This document shows positions 18,624-25,820 of a stretch of DNA of 64,000 bases, one piece after another; within the stretch, counting starts at the first letter, position 1, and every line of letters starts with the position of its first letter. A program made the translations under genes and the position numbers. The notes beneath the pieces were generated by a model. The model saw only the letters and a program-made list of their open reading frames with translations. It was not told the origin of the DNA and did not search any database. Source of the stretch: an uncultured Eubacteriales bacterium (lineage in GTDB: Bacteria > Bacillota > Clostridia > Oscillospirales > CAG-382); contig CAKSCV010000009.1 of the NCBI GenBank assembly GCA_934444645.1, forward strand, positions 20,439-84,438, read 5' to 3'.

Positions 18624-18640
18624 AAGTTGAAAGTTGAAAA
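18620..18640 (+). repeat. Three tandem copies of the heptamer TTGAAAG/TTGAAAA overlapping the alr stop codon
   Basis: Read directly from the sequence: TTGAAAG TTGAAAG TTGAAAA at 18620-18640. Confidence 0.85.
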
Positions 18641-18801
18641 TTAGGGGTCAATCGAAGCTTTGTACGCTGATTGTAACTGCGGCAGCCTTTGCCGTCCCTG
18701 TGTAAGGGAGGACGGTGCACGGAGAGTGTCGGAAGCGTTGTGAGGACTGCTGCTGCAAAAACCGGTTGGGACGATAGGAAAGTATATGACGCGATTGTCC
18801 G

Positions 18802-18838
18802 GGCACTGCGAAGAACAGGCTTCTTCACAGTGCCTTTT
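18802..18838 (+). terminator. Rho-independent terminator about 180 nt downstream of alr
   Basis: GGCACTG (18802-18808) pairs with CAGTGCC (18828-18834), and an inner GAAGAA/TTCTTC stem sits inside it. TTTT follows at 18835-18838. Confidence 0.65.
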
Positions 18839-18869
18839 GTTAATTATATGTTACCAATGAAACATACGC

Positions 18870-18898
18870 TTGCATTTTTTCGGTAAAAAGACTATAAT
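18870..18898 (+). promoter_or_regulatory. sigma-A-type promoter of the ATP-grasp/racemase/MurE operon
   Basis: TTGCAT (18870-18875), 17 nt, then TATAAT (18893-18898). Confidence 0.55.
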
Positions 18899-18968
18899 AT
18901 TCTTATCCTGGATTCGTATGCCTGAATCTGAAAATGATCGATATAAAAAAGAAAGGCGGTATCCCGTC

Positions 18969-20177
18969 ATGAAATTTGCAGCAAGGGATTTTCTTCCGGT
19001 TTTGTTCGGAAATGATATCAATGTATACAGCGTCGCACGGGCGTTTTATGAAGCATATCAGGTCAAAGCGCGCGTGTTCGGCAAGGCGCTTATGGGTACG
19101 TGCTACAAAAGCAAGCTGGTTGATTTTACGGAAATAAAAAATTTAGACACACCGGAGATCCTTTTGAACGTACTCAACACATATGCCGCGGAACACGCCG
19201 ACAAAAAGGTGCTTGCCATCGGCTGCGGCGACAACTATGTCAAGTGTCTTGCCGTGAACAGGGATAAGCTTGCCGCAAACGTCATCGCGCCGTATGCCGA
19301 TTACAATTTTCTTTCCGACCTCATGGATAAGGAGAAGTTTTATGAGCTTTGCGAGGCGCACGGCATCGATTTTCCGGAAACCTATGTCTGCACGGCGGAA
19401 ACCTATCAAGCGCTTGCCGTACCGTTTGACGCGCCCTATATTCTGAAGCCTGCCAATCAGGTGGAATATTACAAACACAAATTTGACGGACAGAAAAAGG
19501 TCTTTAAGCTTGACAGCTTCGAAGAGCTGACCGAGACCGTGAAAAAGGTCTATGAAGCCGGGTATGCGGATCATATGATCATCCAGGATTTTCTGCCGGG
19601 CGACGACACCTATATGCGTGTGTTAACAAGCTATTCCGACCGCAACGGCAAGGTCAAGATGATGTGCCTCGGTCACGTGCTTTTGGAGGAGCATACACCG
19701 TATGGCATCGGCAACCATGCCGTTATCATCACGGAGTACGAAAAAGAGCTGACGGAGAAATTCAAGAACCTTCTCGAAAGCATCCATTTCACCGGCTTTT
19801 CCAATTTCGATATCAAGTTTGATAAACGCGACGGAAAATACAAGGCCTTTGAAATCAATACCCGTCAGGGCCGCAGCAATTTCTATGTGACCGGCTCGGG
19901 ACATAACGTGGCAAAGCTGTTGGTGGAGGATGCCGTGTACGGACACGAGCTGCCCGAAGATATTGCCGAGAACGAATATCTGTGGATGGTTGTTCCGAAA
20001 AAGGTGGCGTATACCTATGCGCCTGCCTACAAAGAACGCATGAAAAAGCTGATCCGCGAGAAAAAATACGTCAATCCTCTGTGGATGAAGGGCGATAACA
20101 ATCCGGAGCGCATATTCCGGCTGATCCGCTCACAGCTCGGTCATTTTGTGAAATTCAAGAAGTATTTGGGAAAATAG
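18969..20177 (+). CDS. ATP-grasp carboxylate-amine ligase, candidate D-aspartate ligase (peptidoglycan cross-bridge)
   Basis: ATP-grasp marks are present: ILKPANQ, IIQDFLPGDD, and the E-x-N Mg site in FEINTRQGRSN. The D-Asp ligase role is inferred from the adjacent aspartate racemase and Lys-type MurE. The start was trimmed to ATG 18969 (MKFAARDFLPVLFGNDINVY). Confidence 0.55.
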   Translation: MKFAARDFLPVLFGNDINVYSVARAFYEAYQVKARVFGKALMGTCYKSKLVDFTEIKNLDTPEILLNVLNTYAAEHADKKVLAIGCGDNYVKCLAVNRDKLAANVIAPYADYNFLSDLMDKEKFYELCEAHGIDFPETYVCTAETYQALAVPFDAPYILKPANQVEYYKHKFDGQKKVFKLDSFEELTETVKKVYEAGYADHMIIQDFLPGDDTYMRVLTSYSDRNGKVKMMCLGHVLLEEHTPYGIGNHAVIITEYEKELTEKFKNLLESIHFTGFSNFDIKFDKRDGKYKAFEINTRQGRSNFYVTGSGHNVAKLLVEDAVYGHELPEDIAENEYLWMVVPKKVAYTYAPAYKERMKKLIREKKYVNPLWMKGDNNPERIFRLIRSQLGHFVKFKKYLGK

Positions 20178-20189
20178 GGAGAGGATACC

Positions 20190-20909
20190 GTGAAAAAGCT
20201 TGGCGTTATCGGCGGCATGGGACCGCAGGCAACGGAACTGATGTATCAGAAGATCATCTCCATGACCGACGCGCACTGTGACCAAGAGCATATCAATATG
20301 ATCATCCTAAGTCATGCCGCCATGCCCGACCGCACCGAGGCCATTCGTTCGGGACAAACCGAAACGGTTTTTTCGCTGCTTGCGGAGGATGCAAAGCTGC
20401 TTGAAAACTGCGGCGCGGATTATATCGCCATACCCTGCAACACCTCACACTATTTTTACGAGGAATTGCAAAAGCAGGTGAATATTCCCATTATCCACAT
20501 GGTGCGTGAAGCGGTCAAACGGGTGCATGAGAGGGATACCTCGATCAAAAAAGTGGGACTTCTTGCCACCGACGGCACACTTTTTGCCGGAATCTATAAA
20601 AACGAGTGCGAAAAACGCGGGCTTGAATGCGTGTATCCCGATACCGAAACGCAGAAAATCGTCATGAAAATCATCTATGACCAAATCAAAGCCGGTGAAA
20701 AGGGTTCTATCGACGATTTCGGCGAGATCGATACCTACTTAAAGAAAAACGGCTGTGAAGCGGCGATTCTTGCGTGTACTGAGCTGTCCTGCTTCAAAAA
20801 CTACCACGCGCTCGACCGCTTCTATCTCGATGCGCTTGATGTGCTTTGCGAAGAAAGCGTGCGGCTGTGCGGCGGCAAGCTGAAAACGGCATTTGATTTT
20901 CAAAAATAA
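20190..20909 (+). CDS. Aspartate racemase (Asp/Glu/hydantoin racemase family)
   Basis: The N-terminus reads LGVIGGMGPQAT, and the two catalytic Cys motifs IPCNTSHYF and ILACTELS are present. The protein is 239 aa. Confidence 0.8.
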   Translation: MKKLGVIGGMGPQATELMYQKIISMTDAHCDQEHINMIILSHAAMPDRTEAIRSGQTETVFSLLAEDAKLLENCGADYIAIPCNTSHYFYEELQKQVNIPIIHMVREAVKRVHERDTSIKKVGLLATDGTLFAGIYKNECEKRGLECVYPDTETQKIVMKIIYDQIKAGEKGSIDDFGEIDTYLKKNGCEAAILACTELSCFKNYHALDRFYLDALDVLCEESVRLCGGKLKTAFDFQK

Positions 20910-20927
20910 TAACCGGAGTTTTGAATC

Positions 20928-22415
20928 ATGAAACATACGTTGAACGACTATATAAAGCTGTTAGGCGAAAACAGCTTAATCGAAAAATTAAAGCTTGCGG
21001 ATCCGTCCGCCGCCGTGGAAAATGTCACCTATAATTCCAAAGAAGCCGGAAAAAACACGCTTTTTATCTGCAAAGGTGCGCATTTTAAGGAAGAATACTT
21101 AAACGAGGCTCTGTCGCGCGGCGCGTTCTGCTACCTTTCGGAAACCGAATATGCCGCAGGCGCCGCTTGCATAGTTGTAAGCGATATCCGCCGCGCCATG
21201 GCGGTCGTCTTCGATTATTTTTACGACAGCGTGTGGAAAAACCTCGATCTTATCGGCATCACTGGCACCAAAGGAAAATCCACCACGACGTATTTCATCA
21301 AATACATACTCGACGAATATCTGAAAAGCGAAAATCGGCCGTCCTGCGCCTACATTTCGTCCATCGATACCTATGACGGCGCAGAAAAATTCGAATCGCA
21401 CCTCACCACGCCGGAGGTCGGCGAGCTGTACAAGCACTTTTCCAATGCCGTAAAGGCGAAAATTCCGTATCTTGTCATGGAGGTCTCGTCCCAGGCACTC
21501 AAATATGACCGTGTGTACGGCGTCGGCTTTGATATCGGCGTGTACCTAAACATCGGCGAAGATCACATCAGTTCGGTGGAGCATTCGGATTTTGACGATT
21601 ATTTCGCTTCAAAAATGAAGCTGTTTTCCCATTGCAAACGCGCCTGCGTGAGCCTTGATACGCTGCGCTGCGATGAGGTGCTTGCGGCGGCAAGCGTCTG
21701 CGAAAAGGTGATAACCTTCTCGACAACCGATGAAAAAGCCGATGTTTTTGCCTATAACATCCACAAATCCGGCAACGATACCGTCTTTACCGTCCGCACG
21801 CCGGACTATACCGAAGAAATCACGCTTACCATTCCCGGCCTTTTCAACGTGCAGAACGCACTTGCCGCCATCAGCGTGTGTCTGCTGCTCGGCATTCCGA
21901 AGCACTTTGTGTATGTGGGACTTATGAAAGCGCGTTCCTCCGGACGCATGGAAAGCTATGCCAATGCGGACAACAGCGTGGTGGCTATCGTCGATTATGC
22001 GCATAACAAGCTCAGCTTTGAGTGCCTGTACGATTCGGTGACCAAGGAATTTCCCGGCAGACGCATTGTCACGGTGTTCGGCTGTCCGGGCGGCAAGGCG
22101 TTCCAGCGGAGAAAAGACCTCGGCGAGCTTGCCGGAAAATATTCCGATTTTGTTTATATCACCGAAGAAGATCCGGGTGAAGAGCCGCTTATGCAGATCT
22201 GCGAACAGATTGCCGAACACGTGGCGGCGCAAGGTTCAGCCTATGAGATCGAACCGGACAGAGGCGAAGCCATCCGCAAGGCGATTTTGTCCTCCGGGCG
22301 TGAAACGGTGGTGCTCATCACCGGCAAGGGCAACGAAACCCGGCAAAAGCGCGGCACAAAATATGTTCCCTGTGAGACGGATGTCGCATATGTCAAAAAA
22401 TACTTAAAAGAATTC
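20928..22415 (+). other. MurE module of the fusion
   Basis: It closely resembles streptococcal L-Lys-adding MurE as I recall it (TLFICKGAHFKEEYL, EVSSQALKYDRVYG, DYFASKMKLF). Where DAP-adding MurE carries DNPR, this protein reads EDPG (YITEEDPGEEP). Confidence 0.7.
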
Positions 22416-23294
22416 GATGTGGAGCATAAGATCGACGCGTCGGAAAAAATCAGCGGTTTCCAAAGCGTGCTTCCGGCCTTCCGCAAGCTGTTCGGCAAAA
22501 CGATTCTCATCAAGCTCGGCGGCAGCATTATGGAAAGTGAAAGCGCACTCAAAAATCTTTACGAAGATATCGAAATGCTCAAAATGGTTGGTGCTAAGGT
22601 CGTGCTGGTGCATGGCGGCGGCAAGGCAATTTCGGCGGCTCTTAAGAAAAACGGCATTGTGCCGGAATTCAAGGGCGGCTATCGGGTGACCGGCAAAGAC
22701 GCCATCGGCATTGTCGAGGAGATCCTGTCCGGCAAGGTCAATAAGGCCATCGTGCAGGGACTCAAAGACGAAAATCTGAACGCCTGCGGCCTTTCCGGAA
22801 AGGACGGCGGCCTCATCACGGCTGTGCGTAAAACCATTCCCGAGGGTGATATCGGCTATGTCGGCAATATAACCAAGGTAGAACCGAAGGTGTTAGAGCT
22901 GCTTATGGAAAACGGCTTTTTGCCGGTGGTTTCGCCTGTTTCCTCGTCGGATAAGGGCGAGACGCTCAATGTCAATGCCGACGACGCGGCATTTGCCGTC
23001 GCCGAAGCACTGCACGCGGATACGCTCGTGTTTTTGACCGATGTGGACGGAATCTTACTCGATGTCAACAATACCGATACGCTTGTCAACACGATTTCGG
23101 CGGATAAGGCGGCCGACCTCATCGAAAACGGCTTTATCGACGGCGGCATGATGCCGAAACTAAAGAACTGTATAAACTCCGTCCGGAACGGCGTTTCCGA
23201 GGTGGCTATCCTCAACGGCAGCGTGCGGTATAATTTGGTTTCCTACTTCATTACCAAAGGAAAGATCGGTACGACCATTTCGGAAAAAGGATAA
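20928..23294 (+). CDS. murE: In-frame fusion: Lys-type UDP-MurNAc-L-Ala-D-Glu ligase (MurE) + N-acetylglutamate-kinase-like (AAK) domain, 788 aa
   Basis: A single uninterrupted ORF. The N-terminal ~496 aa carry the Mur ligase P-loop GITGTKGKSTT plus TTPE, MEVSSQ and DYAHN. The C-terminal ~266 aa carry NAGK marks: IKLGGS, VLVHGGG, GYRVT, NVNADDAA, LTDVDGI and GGMMPK. Confidence 0.78.
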   Translation: MKHTLNDYIKLLGENSLIEKLKLADPSAAVENVTYNSKEAGKNTLFICKGAHFKEEYLNEALSRGAFCYLSETEYAAGAACIVVSDIRRAMAVVFDYFYDSVWKNLDLIGITGTKGKSTTTYFIKYILDEYLKSENRPSCAYISSIDTYDGAEKFESHLTTPEVGELYKHFSNAVKAKIPYLVMEVSSQALKYDRVYGVGFDIGVYLNIGEDHISSVEHSDFDDYFASKMKLFSHCKRACVSLDTLRCDEVLAAASVCEKVITFSTTDEKADVFAYNIHKSGNDTVFTVRTPDYTEEITLTIPGLFNVQNALAAISVCLLLGIPKHFVYVGLMKARSSGRMESYANADNSVVAIVDYAHNKLSFECLYDSVTKEFPGRRIVTVFGCPGGKAFQRRKDLGELAGKYSDFVYITEEDPGEEPLMQICEQIAEHVAAQGSAYEIEPDRGEAIRKAILSSGRETVVLITGKGNETRQKRGTKYVPCETDVAYVKKYLKEFDVEHKIDASEKISGFQSVLPAFRKLFGKTILIKLGGSIMESESALKNLYEDIEMLKMVGAKVVLVHGGGKAISAALKKNGIVPEFKGGYRVTGKDAIGIVEEILSGKVNKAIVQGLKDENLNACGLSGKDGGLITAVRKTIPEGDIGYVGNITKVEPKVLELLMENGFLPVVSPVSSSDKGETLNVNADDAAFAVAEALHADTLVFLTDVDGILLDVNNTDTLVNTISADKAADLIENGFIDGGMMPKLKNCINSVRNGVSEVAILNGSVRYNLVSYFITKGKIGTTISEKG
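22494..23291 (+). other. Amino-acid-kinase (ArgB-like) module of the fusion
   Basis: All the canonical NAGK segments listed for the fusion are present. A linker of about 25 aa (DVEHKIDASEKISGFQSVLPAFRKLF) separates the module from MurE. Confidence 0.7.
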
Positions 23295-23307
23295 AGTGTC
23301 CGGCAAC

Positions 23308-23353
23308 AAAAAAAGCTCTGTGTTCTTGAAAAAAACGAGATACAGAGCTTTTT
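23308..23353. terminator. Bidirectional terminator between murE-fusion and the convergent permease gene
   Basis: AAAAGCTCTGT (23311-23321) pairs with ACAGAGCTTTT (23342-23352), with A and T runs on the outer sides. Confidence 0.65.
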
Positions 23354-23362
23354 ATCATTCTT

Positions 23363-24505
23363 TTACCGAAGCTTCAACAGCAGCATAAATCCGATTAGCA
23401 CAAACAGAAACGCAAAGTTGAACGCCGAAAATTCGGCAACGTATTTTCCGGCTTTGTGCGGATTGTGCGCCACATATTCCCGAAAGGTGATTAAGCTTGC
23501 AAGCGATGCGATCAATGTTCCCACGCCGCCGATATTGACGCCGACAAGCAGATCCGGATAATTGTCCGTAAACTGTGAAAGCAAAATCGCCGACGGCACA
23601 TTGCTGATGCACTGGCAAGAAAGCGCACTGAAAACAAGCGTGTTTTTATTCAAAAACCAAGAAAAGAACGTGCGCACCGGCTCTAAGCGCGCCATATTTC
23701 CGGCGAAAATGAAGAAGAATACAAAGGTGAGAAGCAGCGGATAGTCCACCATTCGAAGAGCCTTGCGGTCGGCAAAAAACAGCACGGCCGGAATGAGGAT
23801 AAGCCCGACAACATAGGGAACACCGCGGAATACAATGGCGATGGACAGCGCAAACAGCGCAAGATACAGCACTGTGCGCGGTACACTTAACGTAATGATT
23901 TCTTCGTCCGTTTCCAAAGGTTCCGGCTTGACAAAAACAAGGCAGCACAGCGTGATGAGTGCTACCGAAACTACAAACGGCGGTGCCATGATACGCATAA
24001 ATTCAAGGTTCGGAATATTAAATTTCGTGTATAGATACAGATTTTGCGGATTGCCGAACGGCGTGAGCATTCCGCCGAGATTGGCGGCAATGTTCTGCAT
24101 GATGAAGGTGAACGCCATGTATTTTTTCTTGCCGCAGGTGTCAAGCGTATAGTAGCCGAGCGGCAGGAATGTGAGAAGTGCCATGTCATTTGCAATAAGC
24201 ATCGAGCCGATAAAGGTGATATACACAAGCGCCAGCACACTCATGCGTGCATCCTTGAAAAACGTAACGATCTTGCGTGCAAGCAGATAGAAAAAGCGGA
24301 TGTTTTTGAGTGCACACACGGTTGCCAGCACACAGAACAGACAGGCAAGCGTCTTGTAGTCAAAGTAGGACGCATACGCCTTGTCCGGCGGCACGAGAAC
24401 CATGGTGACAAGTGCCGCAAGAAACGCTATGACCATGACGGTGTTTTTGCGGAAGAATAGGGTAAGCTCGGCAAGAGATTTTTGCGCAAAGAGTCGTTTT
24501 TTCAT
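23363..24505 (-). CDS. Anion permease, ArsB/NhaD-superfamily (citrate-transporter-like) candidate
   Basis: The protein has about 11 TM segments and an overall resemblance to the CitMHS/ArsB-like fold family. The start was trimmed to ATG 24505 (MKKRLFAQ) behind GAGGAA. The family call is tentative. Confidence 0.45.
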   Translation of the reverse strand: MKKRLFAQKSLAELTLFFRKNTVMVIAFLAALVTMVLVPPDKAYASYFDYKTLACLFCVLATVCALKNIRFFYLLARKIVTFFKDARMSVLALVYITFIGSMLIANDMALLTFLPLGYYTLDTCGKKKYMAFTFIMQNIAANLGGMLTPFGNPQNLYLYTKFNIPNLEFMRIMAPPFVVSVALITLCCLVFVKPEPLETDEEIITLSVPRTVLYLALFALSIAIVFRGVPYVVGLILIPAVLFFADRKALRMVDYPLLLTFVFFFIFAGNMARLEPVRTFFSWFLNKNTLVFSALSCQCISNVPSAILLSQFTDNYPDLLVGVNIGGVGTLIASLASLITFREYVAHNPHKAGKYVAEFSAFNFAFLFVLIGFMLLLKLR

Positions 24506-24790
24506 GAAGTTTCCTCGGTTCACCGACAGAACGGAACATTTTGATATTTAAAAAATATCATAGCAAAAATAACAGCTTAAATTATGATAAAAGTATTTTT
24601 ATTTAATTAAAATAATGACAAAATTATCCTCGGTGTTTTTTTCTGCTTGTTTTCCCTGCTTGTTTTTCCTGTATAGGCAGAGGAACCCGGTGTGTTTTTT
24701 GTAAAATGCGGCGCGTTTGCCGTTTCCGGGAGCTTGAAGCAGTTTGGACGGTTATTCAAATCGGTCTGTTTTTTTGCGCAAATCCGTGTC

Positions 24791-24819
24791 TTGCAAAAGT
24801 TTGTGAAGTATGCTAAAAT
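24791..24819 (+). promoter_or_regulatory. sigma-A-type promoter of the nucleoside hydrolase gene
   Basis: TTGCAA (24791-24796), 17 nt, then an extended -10, TGcTAAAAT (TAAAAT = 24814-24819). Confidence 0.5.
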
Positions 24820-24850
24820 ATGTGTAAGAAACGAAAAGGAGATAACTGCC

Positions 24851-25729
24851 ATGGAAAAAATCATCCTTGATACCGATATGGGCTGTGACTGCGACGATGT
24901 CGGAGCGCTTGCCCTTGCTTGCGGCGCACATAAACGAGGCGAAGCGGAGCTTTTAGGCGTTACGCACGCGATCGACAACCCATATGGCCTGCGTTTTATC
25001 GAAAAAATGCTTGCATATTACAATGTGGACGCACCGCTCGGAAAATGCTCCAAAAAGGATTTTCTGAACGATGAGCGTTTTAATACCTTTATAAAGCCGC
25101 TTGCCGACGGTTTGCCGGAAAAGGAACATCCGGACAGTGTAAAGCTGATGCGTGAAATCCTCTCGAAAAACCGCGGCGTGACGTTGGTGACCATTGGTTC
25201 GTTTGTGAATGTTGCCGCACTTTTGACTTCCGGGGCAGACGAAATCAGTTCGCTTGACGGAAAAACGCTTGTGGCGCAAAGCGTAACGAATGTTTATAGC
25301 ATGGCAGGGCATTTTACAAGACCCGATTATGCGGAATTCAACATTGTGTGCGACATTCCCGCCGCGCGTTCATTCGTTTCTCTCTGTCCGGTGCCGGTTG
25401 TATATTGCGGCTTTGAGGTCGGCGAGAAAATATTTACAGGAGCACATTTGCGCGAATGCACCGAAAATCCGCTTTTGCACGATGCCTATGGCTTGTATGC
25501 CGGCCGGGAATGCGGAAACGCCTATCTTCGTCCGTCCTGGGATCCGGCAACGGTCTATACGGCGATTTATCAGGATGAAAATGAGCTATTTGACTATTCC
25601 GACCCGGTAACGGTTACCTTTGATGAAAAAGGAAAGACGCGTGTTGTGCCGGACGGCAAGGATTTGTTTTTGACGCTTGAAAAATCGCCGGATACGGCGG
25701 CAGAAGTCTTAAACAAGCTTATGCGGTAA
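24851..25729 (+). CDS. Nucleoside hydrolase (IUNH family)
   Basis: An N-terminal Asp cluster (ILDTDMGCDCDDVGALALA) is present in a protein of about 292 aa. The start was trimmed to ATG 24851 behind AAAAGGAG. Confidence 0.7.
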   Translation: MEKIILDTDMGCDCDDVGALALACGAHKRGEAELLGVTHAIDNPYGLRFIEKMLAYYNVDAPLGKCSKKDFLNDERFNTFIKPLADGLPEKEHPDSVKLMREILSKNRGVTLVTIGSFVNVAALLTSGADEISSLDGKTLVAQSVTNVYSMAGHFTRPDYAEFNIVCDIPAARSFVSLCPVPVVYCGFEVGEKIFTGAHLRECTENPLLHDAYGLYAGRECGNAYLRPSWDPATVYTAIYQDENELFDYSDPVTVTFDEKGKTRVVPDGKDLFLTLEKSPDTAAEVLNKLMR

Positions 25730-25756
25730 AGTGTGAATCGTTTGTTCCAAACAAAA

Positions 25757-25802
25757 CAAGACGGCTCTTATCCGTTTTTTTCGGATAAGAGCCGTCTGTT
25801 TT
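25757..25802. terminator. Bidirectional terminator (nucleoside hydrolase / GH78 operon)
   Basis: A stem of about 16 bp, GACGGCTCTTATCCG / CGGATAAGAGCCGTC, encloses a T7 loop and is followed by TGTTTTG. Confidence 0.7.
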
Positions 25803-25820
25803 GTTGTAGTTTCGAAAACG

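Noticed and set aside
18640-18838. Assignment of the alr-downstream structured region to a known RNA family (6S, T-box, tmRNA, SRP, RNase P)
   Set aside because: Its size and the motifs I can recall (T-box AGAGA / UGGNACC, tmRNA GGGG...CCACCA ends, a large 6S central bubble with a closing stem) are not evident. It is kept only as an unclassified candidate.
18689-18886. 65-aa ORF in the alr-downstream region (possible toxin/antitoxin, by analogy with mazEF after alr in Bacillus)
   Set aside because: It has a TTG start with no RBS. It reads straight through the intrinsic terminator (18802-18838) and into the next promoter, and shows no TA-like motifs.
24543-24561. Palindrome TGATATTT-AAA-AAATATCA and the CCTGCTTGTTTT direct repeat in the AT-rich spacer upstream of the permease gene
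   Set aside because: Such AT-rich symmetry is expected by chance in a promoter region, and there is no second copy or linked regulator gene. It is noted but not called as an operator.
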